Below, in pieces: positions 1 through 32,862 of a DNA stretch of 64,000 nucleotides. The number at the start of each line of letters is the position of its first letter. Position 1 is the stretch's first letter. Origin of the DNA: Eledone cirrhosa (taxonomy: Eukaryota); assembly GCA_964016885.1 (NCBI GenBank), contig OZ024742.1, forward strand, positions 33,418,001-33,482,000, written 5' to 3'. The position numbers and the translations under genes are program-made. The notes beneath the pieces were generated by a model that saw nothing but the letters and a program-made list of their open reading frames with translations, searched no databases and was not told the DNA's origin.

Positions 1-167
1 ATATAGAATAAGAAAATGCAAAGTAATTTCAGATGTTAAAGTCCTTTATTGATAAGGCTGTGATACATATTTCAATGACAACATTGGCCACACAATTCCG
101 CGTAGTAAGATTGAAAATTAGAAATTAAAAGTTAAAATCTTGATTGAAACTAATAAAAGGGAATATA

Positions 168-268
168 TCATCATCCTTATTTTACACCCGCTCTTCCCTG
201 CTTGCAAGGGTGGGATGGGTCTTATTCAGCACAGCATCTCTCCACTTGTCATGGTCCTTCGTCATCTC
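168..268 (-). mobile_element. RTE LINE 3' end fragment
   Basis: Matches the 3' ends at 14020-14120 and 20490-20600; (GAT)n tail. Confidence 0.7.
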
Positions 269-420
269 ATCCGATGTGTAAGTTATAGTTAAAAATTATG
301 AAAAGGGGATCAATATTGGATATTACAGATATATTATCCATATATTGAACGATAGTACCGTATCGAAAAAAAAAGGGAAATATAAATTTAAAGTATAGAA
401 CGTAATAATTAAGCAAACAA

Positions 421-531
421 TTAGTTAACATCTTCTATCGTGTGAATCAAAACCCCAAAATTAAAAGATACGTAGATACAAAATGAGAGGGAAAAAATAT
501 GAGAGAGGAAAAATATATGAGAGAACACACA

Positions 532-581
<50 letters not shown>

Positions 582-2190
582 AAAAATACGTATTTAAGAA
601 AGCCACAACAATGCAAAGGGAAATATCGAGGTAGGAAGTGAAATATAGATAGGAAAAACAGGTGAAAGTGAAAGTTGAGAGAGACAAAGATGAAAACAAA
701 ACAAAGGTAGAAGGGTTACCGTAGTAGAGATTTAATCCCAATATTTCGGGCTCACGCCCATCAACGGGGGAAAAGTTCCAAAAGGGGGGAAAACAGGCCA
801 AGCGGAGAAAGTGGTGATGTCGTTAAGACAGGAATGCCGTTATGGGGAGAAAAATATTTAAAATTTAAACGAGGGGAAGAATGCGCGTGCGCGTGATAAG
901 CTGTGGCAAAAGCTACTGACCAAATGGGTTAAATCAAGAGGGTGCGTTAGCGTGTGAAAGCCGTAAGATATGTGTATGTAAATATATATGTGTTGTGTGT
1001 GACTGTGTGTGTATAAGTGTAAGTGTGTATATGTGTGAGTGTGTGTGTGTGAAAGATAGTGGGCTGTAGAAGTTGGAAATCAAAGGGTGTGAAAGGTGGT
1101 AGGTTGTAAAATATGTGTGCGTGTATAAATATAGATGTGTGTGTGTGTAAGCGTATGGGTATACATGTGTGTGTGTAACTGTGTGTGTATATGTGTGAGT
1201 GCGTTTGTGTGTGAAAGATAGTGGGCTGTAGAAGCTGGAAATCAAAGGGTGTGAAAGGTGGTAGGTTGTAAGAACATGTGTGCGTGTAAAATATAGAAGT
1301 GTGTGTGCATGCGTATGGGTATGCATATACGTGCGTGTGTGTGAAGATAGCAGGCCGTAGGCTGTGAATGGTTATTATGGTTAAGTTAGCCATGTCAGCT
1401 CATTTCTCTCAGCCCGGTTGTTAAGTGGGGGTCTGAGGTTCTTAATAACAAGTGCTTCCTTTATCCTTAAGGATCCGATGCTGCGTTCAGTCGCTAGGAC
1501 TGTGACCAAGGGTCTACCCTGTGGGTTTCCGCATTTAAGGATATGTTTACGGAAGGAAGATGCGTTGGTGTTGATATGTTCCTTGATACGAACATGTAGG
1601 GGTTGGATGGTGCTACCTATGTAAAACTTGTTACATTTATCGCATTGAATCTTATATACGACATAGGTGCGTAGGCAATCTGCCCCCCGTATCGGGCAGT
1701 TGCTGAGGGAACACGTCCCATCTGCCTCGTAGGGTTTGTTGGAGAGGCATCTTCGCAGCGAAGTCACACACAACACACATATATATTTACATACACATAT
1801 CTTACGGCTTTCACACGCTAACGCACCCTCTTGATTTAACCCATTTGGTCAGTAGCTTTTGCCACAGCTTATCACGCGCACGCGCATTCTTTCCCTCGTT
1901 TAAATTTTAAATATTTTTCTCCCCATAACGGCATTCCTGTCTTAACGACATCACCACTTTCTCCGCTTGGCCTGTTTTCCCCCCTTTTGGAACTTTTCCC
2001 CCGTTGATGGGCGTGAGCCCGAAATATTGGGATTAAATCTCTACTACGGTAACCCTTCTACCTTTGTTTTGTTTTCATCTTTGTCTCTCTCAACTTTCAC
2101 TTTCACCTGTTTTTCCTATCTATATTTCACTTCCTACCTCGAGATTTCCCTTTGCATTGTTGTGGCTTTCTTAAATACGTATTTTTACAC
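421..2190 (-). mobile_element. Penelope-like element, 5'-truncated, with inverted pseudo-LTR
   Basis: ORF 1381-1776 is a GIY-YIG endonuclease (VVYKIQCDKCNKFYIGST...RIKEH...IKEALVIKNLRPPLN). 578-1003 recurs inverted at 1763-2190. Left boundary approximate. Confidence 0.88.
1997..2032 (+). ncRNA. Minimal hammerhead-like motif in Penelope pLTR (mirror copy ~736-771 on -)
   Basis: TCCC | CCGTTGA | T GGGC-GTGA-GCCC | GAAA TA TT | GGGA; stems I and II pair; core carries U4C and A6U. Confidence 0.5.
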
Positions 2191-2300
2191 ATTTCACAAT
2201 GCTTCAAGCAAACTTTAACACCCTCTTATATATATGTATATATATATGTATATATATATGTATATATATATGTATATATATATGTATATATATATATATA

Positions 2301-5040
2301 GCCAGAAATAAATTTCAAAGCATATTACTTGACGCTTTCGACAGTAAGGAAGAGCAATTAGAGTCGTATAATATAGAGGAACAGTGGGAATTCCTGAGAG
2401 CAAACCTGCTGACGGCGGCAGACGAAGTCTGTGGCTGGAGCAGGCCTGTAGGTAGGAGGAGAGTAACATGGTGGTGGAACAGTAAGGTGGAGGAGTCAAT
2501 TAAGGCCAAAAAGCAGGCTTGGAAAGCATGGCGGGATGGGGGAAGTAGAGAAGACTATCAAGTGGCCAGGAGGGAAGCTAGGAGACAAGTGTACTTCGCA
2601 AGAAGGGAAGCAGAGGAAAGAAAGTTCAAGCATGTTCTACAACGTGAGGACCAAAAACGTGAGGTGTTCAGGATTGCCAGGCAATGTGTCAAGGAAAACC
2701 GTGATATTGTCGGGGAGAAGTGTGTACTTAACGATGATGGCATACTTGCCATCACCGACGCTGATAAGAAGGTAGCTTGGAAGTGTCACTACGAAAGGCT
2801 TCTAAATGAGGAGAACAAATGGGAGAAAGACAGTCTCCCCCACATCGACCCAATAGAGGGACCAGCAGTGTTAGTCCAGGGTAGTACAATAAGCAAGGCA
2901 ATCAAAGATATGAAGACGGGTAAGGCGGCTGGTCCTTCGGAAATAGTTGCTGAGATGCTGAAGGCATCTGGTTCGGTGGGACACACCATGGTCACCCGGA
3001 TAGTTAACCAAGTCGTACAGAATGGGGTTGTTCCGAAGGACTGGCGTAGCAGCATCATCGTTAACTGCTATAAGGGAAAAGGAGATGCCCTAGATAGGAG
3101 TAACTATAGAGGCATTAAATTAATCGACCAGGTCATGAAGGTCACAGAAAAAGTAATAGCGCAACTAATCAGAGAGAGAATTGATCTAGATGAAATGCAG
3201 TTCGGGTTTGTGTCAGGCAAAAGTACCACAGACGCTCTTTTCATTGTACGACAACTACAGGAGAAGTACCTAGCTAAAAGTAAACCCCTATACTTAGCTT
3301 TCGTCGACTTGGAGAAAGCCTTCAACAGAATCCCCCGTTCCATTATCTGGTGGTCTCTTAGAAAACTAGGTGCTGACGAATGGCTTGTGAGAGCTATACA
3401 AGCCATGTATAAAGAAACAGTCAGTAAGGTTAGAATTAACAACGAATATAGTGAAGAGTTTAGCGTAAAAGTTGGTGTCCATCAGGGCTCTGTTCTTAGC
3501 CCCTACTATTTATTATTGCCCTTCAGGCTATAACAGAGGAGTTCAAGACCGACTTCCCATGGGAACTCCTATACGCAGATGATCTAACGCTCATAGCTGA
3601 ATCAATGACCGAACTAGAGAAGAAATTCCAAACATGGAAGCACGGCCTAGAATCAAAAGGCCTTAAAATTAACCTGGCTAAGACTAAAGTTCTAGTTTGT
3701 AGGAAAGAAAATAAGGTGGCAGTCCCATCTGGGAAATGGCCATGCTCAGTGTGTAGGAAAGGCGTAGGTAGAAACTCCATTTTATGTCCCAAATGCAAAG
3801 TATGGGTGCATAAAAGATGTAGTGGGATCACAGGTAAGCTAACTAAGAACATAGATTTTACATCTGGCCGGTGCTCTGGTGCAATAAGTAGCAGCAAGTG
3901 CCCACAAAATACTAGCTCCTTCAACTGCGCAGAGGGTTCTATAAAAATAGTGGACAGCTTCCGTTACCTGGGTGACAAAATCAGCAGTGGGGGAGGGTGC
4001 TCTGAAAGTACAGTAGCTAGAGTCAGAACTGGATGGAAAAAGTTCAGAGAGCTTATACCACTATTAGCCGGTAGAGGGTTCTCCCTAAAAATGAAAGGCA
4101 GGTTATACGATGCCTGCATACGAACAGCAATGCTGCATGGCAGTGAGACCTGGGCATTGTGTGCAGAGGATATACGCAGACTAGAGAGGAACGAAGCTTG
4201 CATGCTCCACTGGATGTACAATAGTAATATACGTGAACGGCAAAGCATAAACGAACTAAGGAAAAAATTAGAAATAAGAGGGATCAGATGTTGTTTACTC
4301 GAGAGAAGGCTACGTTGGTACGGTCACGTGATGCGCATGAAAGACGACAGCTGTATAACAAAGTGCAGGGCAATAAAGATAGACGGTAGCCACGGAGTAG
4401 GCAGACCCAGAAAAACATGGGACGAGCTGATAAATTCCGACCTCACACGCTTACACCTCTCCAAGACAATGTCACTGGACCGAGACCTTTGGCGGTACTC
4501 AGTAATAGAGAAGACCCGCCTTACCTAAATACAAAGTAAAAACCTACTACAGTCAGTAGGCATCTCTATCAAAACACCCCCCGTCCCACCACCTCCACCC
4601 CATCCACACCGCCCCTTTCAATGTAAAGTTATGTTGGTCCCACAACATCCAGGCCGAAACAAATGAGATTGTGTAGGTGTCACGATAAAAAAACACACAG
4701 TCCACGCTGTAAATGTGGCCGTGTAGGCAACACGGTAAAAACCTCCCAGCTCCACACTGTAAATGTGGTTGGTGTTAGGAAGGGCATCCAGCTGTAGAAA
4801 ACCTGCCAGACAGTCCACGCTGTAATGTGGCCGTGTAGGCAACACGGTAAAAACCTCCCAGCCCCACACTGTAAATGTGGTTGGTGTTAGGAAGGGCATC
4901 GAACTGTAGAAAACCCGCCAGACAGTCCTATGCGAGCAAGACAACCACTCTTGCCTCAAGTGGGAAAACCCCCGTCCAAACCCATGCAAGCGTGGAACAC
5001 GGACGCTAAACCTGATGATGATGATGATGATGATGATGAT
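2301..5040 (+). mobile_element. RTE-clade LINE, 5'-truncated (RT plus PHD-like finger), one frameshift near 3500
   Basis: RT motifs NYRGIKL, QFGF, FVDLEKAF, GVHQGSVLSP, LLYADDL; C-terminal GRPRKTW; 3'UTR ending in (GAT)n. Confidence 0.93.
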
Positions 5041-5583
5041 AAAAGTATAAAAAAGTGCAGGGCGATCAAAATTGATGGGACGATTTGATAAATTCCGACC
5101 TTACACACTTGCACCTCTCTAAGACATGTCACTGGACCGAGATCTTTGGCGCCACGCAGTAATACAGAAGACCTGCCTTGCCTATGGACAAAGCAAAACC
5201 TACAGTCAGTAGGCACCTCTTAACCAAATATACACCCCGTCCCACTACCCCTACTCCATCCTCCCACTCCCACCAACACACCCTTTCTCTGTAAAGTTGG
5301 TACCACAACATCCAGTCCAAACAAATGAGGTCGTGTAGGTGTCACAACAAAAAAATACACAGTCCACGCTGTAATGTGGCCGTGTAGGTAACACGGTAAA
5401 AAGCTCCCAGTCCACACTGTAAACATGGTTGGTGTTAGGAAGGGCATCCAGCCATAGAAAACCTGCCAGATAGTCCTATATGAGCGAGACACGGTCACCC
5501 GACCAATCTTGCCTCAAGTAGGACAATTCCCATCTAACCCATGCTAGCGTGGATGATAGACGTTAAACAATGATGATGATGAT
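5041..5583 (+). mobile_element. Second RTE 3' fragment in tandem
   Basis: Repeats the ORF end and 3'UTR of the preceding element; (GAT)n tail. Confidence 0.8.
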
Positions 5584-5649
5584 ATATATATATATACTTA
5601 TATACATCGAGATACTAATGAGGGTAGAAGTGATGAGAATAGTGATTGT

Positions 5650-6560
5650 GATTACATTCACAAAGCATTAGGAATACTAGTCAATTTGTCCATGTGATGT
5701 GCATATAAAATTCCTTGTCCATCTGTTATCAGATGAAGTGAGAGGGGGGCCTCAGTTCTAGACCCCTGTGTGAAATGCAGGTAGTTGCAGGAAAATAAGG
5801 GGTTTTACATTGCTTTTGGTCTGCTTACCTATCTGGTCAAAAGTTTGTTCATAAGTTTGAGTCCGTCTACTGGCAGAAATATCCAATGTGTGATCAATCC
5901 CAACGGTAGAGGGAATTTCCAGGTGTAGTTGATAGCTGGTGCATCTACTTCTTCCTATGTGGAAAAAGTACATAGAGTGCTTGAATTGAATTGCATCAAT
6001 GTTTACTGTAAGTATATATATATCTTCAGGTCTTTACAAAGGTCTGACTTCCACACCAATCTCAAGCTGTGACACGCCACCCAGGCTTTGCTCTTCCTCT
6101 CAGCCACATCATCTTTCGTATTCCCAATCTTTGCTGCCAAATACAGGAAGTCCTCAACCAATTCTAGTGGCTTCCCGCCTACATTAGTAATCTTCTCTGG
6201 CTTCTTAATATTCTCTACCAGATACTTCGTCTTAATCTCATTCATTCTCAGCCCCACACTCATTGATACAGTCTCCACCTCCTGCATCAAATCCTCTGCC
6301 TCCTTCACTGTGTTTGTCACCAGAACAATGCCGTTCGCAAATTCAGCATCCGATATCTTTTTCGCCTTAACTCTCCTGCTCTGAGCCGGTGTTACAGTAA
6401 AGCCAGAGTCCTGGTGTTTCTCCGGCACAAGGCGCATTATCACTGCGATGATAAAAAGGTAGGGAGCCAATGTATCTCCCCGGAGCACTCCAGCCAGTAT
6501 CTCAAAGAACTCTGTCATCCCATCAGGTGTAATGACTTGAGCTGTACGGGAGCCTCCCAA
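5650..6560 (-). mobile_element. Degraded RTE-type LINE RT fragment (different family)
   Basis: FFEILAGVLRGDTLAPYLFII...VGLRMNEIKTKY...LELVEDFLYL. Confidence 0.75.
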
Positions 6561-6748
6561 AAGTCAGCACAGTGCATGGAAACAAATATATTAGTTTAAT
6601 ATATATACATATATATATTAAACTAATATATTTTTTTTCCATGCACTGTGCTGTTTGTTTTGTTATTTTTTAATTTCTGTTTACCTTTTGCACACACGCA
6701 CACACACACGCACACACACATATATATACATAAATATCTAATAATAAT

Positions 6749-7365
6749 TGTTTCTACTTTTGGCACAAGGCCAGCAACACCCAGTGTATTACTGGTACTT
6801 TATTTTATCGACCCCGTAAGGATGAAAGGCAAAGTTGCCCTCAGTGGGATTTGAACTCAGAATGGAAAGGGCCGTAACTCTATGCGTCAAAGCGTGACCC
6901 TCTACCGATACTGCCAATACACCGCCCTTAAATATCTAATAATAATGGTTTCTGATTTAGGTACAAGGCTAACAATTTTGGTGTAGGGGAAAGTCGATTA
7001 AATCAACCCCAGTGCATTACTGGTACTTTATTTTATTGACCCCATAAGGATGAAAGGCTAAGCTAACCTCAACTGAATTTGAATTCAGAACGTAAAGGGT
7101 TGTAACTTTATGCCACATGTTGGTCGACACCCTACTGATACTGCCAATCCATGACCCTTTATTGTTTCTACTTTTGGCACAAGTCCACCAATTTGGGGGA
7201 GGGGGAAGTCAATTAAATTAACTCCAGTATATGACTGGTAATATTTTATCATCCGTCGAAGGGTGAAAGGTAAATTTGGCTTCAATAGCATTTGAACACA
7301 GAATGTAAAAAGCTGGAAGACATGTAGCATAGCATTCTGTCTAACACATTAAAAATTCCACCAAT
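6749..7365 (-). mobile_element. Three tandem tRNA-derived SINEs
   Basis: A box TGGCAGTATCGG, B box GAGTTCAAATCC, core TTTGCCTTTCATCCTTACGGGGTCGATAAAATAAAGTACCAG; first copy has an 18-bp TSD (6731-6748/6929-6946). Confidence 0.85.
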
Positions 7366-7474
7366 ATATTAATGATAATTAAAAATTTTAACTAAATTAA
7401 AAAATGAATAAATAATGCTTTGTTTTTATCAGATGTTATTTTCATGTTTTTTGTTTTTATATTTCTTATTCCAG

Positions 7475-27055
<19,581 letters not shown>

Positions 27056-28179
27056 TAAATATTTCATTCCACCAAACTTCAGAGATACATGATGATATTT
27101 CACAAATTAATGTTGCAGTAGAAAAACAACAGGTTTTATGATGATCCCTAAATTGTGATTGATACTAAATGAAGCTGAATGATTGTGATATGAATCAAGT
27201 CACACAGGCAATTATTTAACTTGGTTAAATTAATTATTAACTTGAAATATTTTGATAAAAATAAAATAAATTACTTGGTATTTATTACCAAGAACATTAT
27301 GGTATTAATTAAATACCTTAAAAAAATATGTTTAAATAAAGTGATCAATGGATAAAGTTATTAAATCATAGGGTTTAGCAGCACTATTTGAGCAGAAGTA
27401 ATCAGAGATGTAATGGTAGAACCAGCATTTGGGTTATGTGTCCCATTCTCCCAAATAATATAATTTCTCCTTACAGTTAGGTAAGCTGGCGAACTTAGTT
27501 TTTTTAACACTTCTTGCTCTGACCACACTAAGAAAATTACTAAGCCTGAATTTTCGGCTACACAGTCTACACTCACCCTTGCCAAATAATGTGTCAAATC
27601 ATAGCACAATATAACCCTTTCCACTGCTTTGAATATTTCCACGACACTGCTATGCAGCAAAGTTGTTTCACAATATATTCATTGATCACAAGAAATTATC
27701 ATATATATTTTTGTTAATTATACAAATTTGAATAAAACTGTGATCCTTTAAGGTTTAGTAATGCACATCTCCAAGATCTGCACCATAAGCAGCTGTCTAG
27801 TTGGCTTTAATGGTGACATCAGCCTTGGGTTATCGGAAATGCAGGGATGTATACAAATATAACATCAAAATCCTTTATTTTTATTTCATTCAAGATAATG
27901 CCATTGTATTTTTATATGCAAAACAAAATGTGCCATTTGATTTTATAATTTGGTTTCAATTTTCAAAACCCCAAATAAAATTAATTTATGGAATATTAAC
28001 TTTAACGATTTTATATTGATACTATAATAAAAAAAATAAATAAAAATCAATGCCACCATAATCTGAAATTGATTGGATGTTTGTTGTTGCTGTTAAGACC
28101 TCAATAAATTTATATATGTCAACATCATTTTATTTTATTTTCAGATTTTCTAGTGGTAGTGAATACAAAGTGGTAGTAT

Positions 28180-31100
28180 CATGAGAGAGCTGCTCCTACC
28201 CAGTGGGTCCTCAGGGGGCAAATATAACAACTTCTATATATATATATATAGGTTATTGTTGAATTTGGAAATAAGCTGTACTAGACCAAATATGGGCTGC
28301 CCTTTGACAAGGCATAGCACCCAGCCTAGGATCATAGTGGAAGTAGCATGGTCGATGTGCAATCTCAACAAAAGAGTCATCTATTGATCAATGGTGGCAT
28401 TCATGCTATACTTGTTAAAAAGAACCTCTCTGGTAAGAATCACCAATTTCCTGAAGTGTATTACTGCTAACATTTATTGACCTGGCAACTATGGATGCCA
28501 TTAAGTTACTGAAATGTTTCATTAACTCTTAATGTCAAGTACTACATGAAACTGCATTTTGAATAGTACAAAACAGCACACTGGGCTTAAATCTTCTTAT
28601 GGGCCTGTAAAATGTTGTGTAAGAATAAACAAGTAAACAAACATTTCAATGTATCTGTAACTGAAAATACATATGTTACCTTGTTTCTGGATGAATGTGG
28701 AGAAATCACATTGTTGGCTTTTTCCTGCTCACTCAGTTACTTAAGCACATCACTCTTCTTGTTGGCCAAACGGAACCAAAGATGTCTCACCACATATCTA
28801 TAGTATTGGAGCTGTGATCTTGTGACATAGCAGTTCTACCTAGAGCAACTCCCCGATCTCTAAGCTACACATGCTATCAATAAATGTTACTTGTATTTGC
28901 AATCGTAAAGGTAGGCACAGACATTGAATTGATGATACACCTACCTCCCTTCTTCTGATGACTGAGTGCTGAAGCTGGTACATCATTGCATCAGCTCCTA
29001 CAATTTATTTATCAACCTCCTGTCTTCTATTACTCAGAAATAAAGCCATGAAATGCTTGAATTTCTTCAGTGCAACCCCCTCACAAGCAAAGTACACTGT
29101 ACAGGCTTTCTAAAAAAGATGAATGTCTTAGTCTTGCAGCACTGATTTTCATTCCTGCCATGCAACACTCGGTAGCAAACCTATCCAGTGCATGACAGAG
29201 ATCACCTGCCAATGAGTTAAGTGGCACCATGTCATCTGAAAATATCAACCCTCTGGTCCTACACCCACTGATCTTGATACCACTTCCACCCTATGTGTGC
29301 ATCATCATCATCATCGTTTAACGTCTATCTTCCACGCTAGCATGTCAATCCTATTCAGGAAGATTATGAACAGGAGAGGTGACAGTACACACCCCTGACA
29401 GAATCCAACAACTTATCACCATTTATCTGAACACAAATACTAAGGTATAGATTGGGGGACTTCAAGGCAACAAGTCCTCCATCAATCCCATACTCCTGCA
29501 GAACCTTCCACAGCAGGTCCCATGGAATGCAATCATATGCCTTTTCAGGGTCTATGAAACAATTATACACCTCTTAGCAGTACTCCCACGATTTCTGAAA
29601 GACCTGGCGGTGTGTGAATATTTCGTCATCTGTATTGAGTCCGAGGTGAAAACCTTATTGTCCATCTGCTAGCTTGGACTCAACAATATCCCTATATCTC
29701 TTTGTCAGACACTTAGCATAAACTTTAATGAGGAGGCTTAACAAGATTTCTCTATAATTAAAGGTTTCTCCCTTTCTGTAAATTAGGATTATCACTCCTG
29801 ATTACCATTGCTTTAGTGCCTTTTCAGAGATCCAGGCCACCCAGCACATATGAGTTAGCCAGAGAATACCATTGCTTTTAAAGGCTTTTAACATCTCTGG
29901 CTGAATTTCATCCAACTCAGAGTTCTTGTCATATTCGAGCATTTTAATTGCTTTGCTGACCTCAGCCCCTGAGATGTTAGTCTTCACTCCTAGATACATT
30001 TCATGTAGATCAGAAATGTTCTTGTGAGTGGATTTAGGAAATCAGCAAAGTATTCTCTCTACCTCATGAGGATGCACCTCTCTTCAGAGAGAAAGATCCC
30101 AGACAAATCCCTGATAGCAAGCATGGAAGGGGACTTATTATTACAAAGTTACCTTAAATATAGTTAAAAAGAGTATTTTTTTAAAGGTGTTTCTCTCTAA
30201 ATATAAGACACAGTGAAGGAAAGCAAAGTCCTCCTATATCTTAACCTTGGACAACATTATTGTCTCTGCTGCAACCTTTTGCTCCGCTTGTACCACAAGT
30301 GCAAGGAGGAGGATATATTTCCAAGCCAAGCTTTATAACTCTGCTTCTTTGCTCAGATGACATATTTAACCTTCTGATTGAACTAGGAAGTCCTCCTACC
30401 ACCTGGTACCACACTGAGCTGCTTTTGCCACCAGTATTTAACAGCAATAGCAGAAACTCCAAAGCTAAACAGTCTCTACACTATTTCAATACCCTCAATT
30501 TGTTCAAGTTCTCTGAATTTGGATGCATTAGTGTCCACATAACCAGCCCTGACCTCAGCAACCAGCACTTCCTACTTTATCCTGTAGGTCAAGCTGGATA
30601 TGTTAGTTTTGTGAGTTTTCTTCACTTCAAATAGTCTCAGGTTGCAGATAACTAGATGGTGAACAGCTGATAGCTCAGTTACTCTCTTAACACTAACATC
30701 CTGTGCAGAATTGAAGAGATCATAGACAATATAAAAATCAATTAGTGATCCCTGTCCCCAATTTCCCTTATACCATGTATATTTATGGATGTCTTTATGC
30801 TGGAAGAAGGTGTTCATAATAGAGAACCCCTTATTAGAACAGACATCTAAGGCCTCTCCATCCATATTTAGATCAGGGCTGTCATTCCTTTCAATCACTG
30901 CTTTTCATGTCAGGTGATCAGTGCCAACATAAGCATTGATGTCTCTCATTAGGATATATGACTGTCTTAACTACATCAAATACTGTAGTGATTTCATCAA
31001 GGAAGGATCTGAATTCAGACTCTCTGTTAGACACATAAATTTGCATAAAGAGTTCTTTCTTTCGGTCTAAGCTATAAGAGGCAAATCCTCCTTCCTAATA

Positions 31101-31400
31101 GGATCCAGTCCATAACACATTCGGACAGCTGGGAACTTATGAGTATCCTCACTTCTGCCTGTGCAGTCATTTTTGGCACCACACCAGAATAGTGGGGTTT
31201 CCATCCTCCATCCAAAGCTATGTTATCAGAACCACAGAATTTTGTTGAAGAAACGTTGATTATATCTAGCTCGTAACATCTGATCTCCTTCACTAGTTTT
31301 TGCTCTTTACATGTAAAGGCTGTAATGCTTCAGTTGCTAATTGTTAAGGTTTGCTCCAGTAAACCTTTAATTGTTAAAGTTTGCTCTTTATGAGGCCTTC
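28180..31400 (-). mobile_element. Old degraded RTE-clade LINE (APE plus RT) in the intergenic spacer
   Basis: APE motifs LDIINVSSTK, NTFFQHKDIHKYTW, SLIDF; RT motif FIDPEKAYD; many stops; boundaries approximate. Confidence 0.75.
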
Positions 31401-32529
31401 AAAAGTAAATAAATGGCTCTCCATCGGTTTTGATGAGTATTTCTGTTGTTTGACCAACCAAACTATTTATTCTTGGAATTAGGAAGTAACAATATTTTAT
31501 AGACATATGTACTTTTAATGTAATTTTTAGCAAAACTTAATGGGACACAAGTATGTAACAAACCTTATTCTTCTTTGCCCACTTATTCCTGAGAGGGTCG
31601 TGGGGGCAGAGTCCGCTAACACTCCTTTCAGCAGGTCCTGTCAGAAGCAAGCATCTCCAATTGAAGCTTGCCTTTTGAATTATAGGTATAGTCCTTCTAC
31701 CAGACTTCCACAATTTCTCTCTCCCAACTTCACTTACAACACTTAGGCCAACCTGAGGTTATGGTAAAAGGAATTTGTGCAAGATTGTTGAGACAAACTT
31801 CTTAATGATTTGGCTTTTACACATGTAATGTTATTCTCTTGTCTTAGATGTTTCATATAAAGAAATCTTAAGCATTCTTCCAGAAAAAGTGATGGATAGT
31901 CATGGCTTTGATACCTTTGATCATGGTTCTGTTTGATCAGAGATTAGCTGATACTAAACTACATCTCAGTTTTAATGGAGACAGTCATAAACAATTCCTT
32001 TCAGCATCTCTCTTTTCAGAAATCCCAATTATGGTTTTCACAAGGTCATATCTACCAAACACTATCATTCCCACATGTGGTCTCCTGCTCTTGAGATCCT
32101 TAGAGAGAGAGTAATATTGTTGCTCTAGACATCAGTAAAGCCTGTGGCCATGTCTATCATGAGGAACTTCTAACTATGTTACTTGACTATATCTGGCTCA
32201 AAAACTTCCTAGCTAAATTGTTAGACTCATCACCACCATCATTTTACATTTGCTTTTTATGCTGGCATAAGTTGGACAGGGTGACAGTCCAATACCACTA
32301 TATTCCATATTTAGCATGAGTGAACTGGGTGCATTTTATTGTAGAACCAACCCTAACATTTTAAAGAATGCATTGGTTGCAATTTATAATGGCACCAGCA
32401 CTAGAGAGGTTGTCATATTCTAGTCCAGACTGAAAAGTCCTCTCAAATCCTACATTGTCTCTGTTTGATTGCTAAACACCATAGCGTTCGGTTTCGCACT
32501 ACCTTCACTTTTAGAGTTGCAGTCATTTC

Positions 32530-32862
32530 ATTTCATCATTTCATTTTACGTCCGCTTTTTTCCTGCTTGCAAGGGTGGGACGGGAACTGATTCTGGCTTG
32601 ATTTCTACAGCTGGATGCCCTCCCTAACACCAACCTCATTTACAGTGAGTGCTGGGTGCTTTTTTTTGCTGTGGCACCTCCACGACCACTTTACAGTGGA
32701 ATGATATGGACCCCAGTCCCTATCATCTCATTTCTACAGCTGAGTAAACTGGAGCAATGTGAAATAAAGTGTCTTGCTCAAGGAAACAACACATCACCCG
32801 GTCTGAGATTTGAACTCACAACCTTTCGATTGCAAGGCCAATGCTCTAACCACTAAGCCTCC
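32530..32862 (-). mobile_element. tRNA-head SINE with RTE-derived tail
   Basis: Head ...CTTAGTGGTTAGAGC, B box GAGTTCAAATC, RTE 3'UTR tail; close copy at 39867-40205. Confidence 0.8.

Noticed and set aside
421-1393. ORFs of 126-148 aa rich in YI/HT repeats, and the mirror ORF at 1967-2218
   Set aside because: Translations of microsatellites and the Penelope pLTR; no protein-like content.
1-7474. Upstream FAAH-A exons (GAVPFVRTN and catalytic Lys exons)
   Set aside because: Not found by eye and probably left of the window, so pseudogene status of A cannot be claimed.
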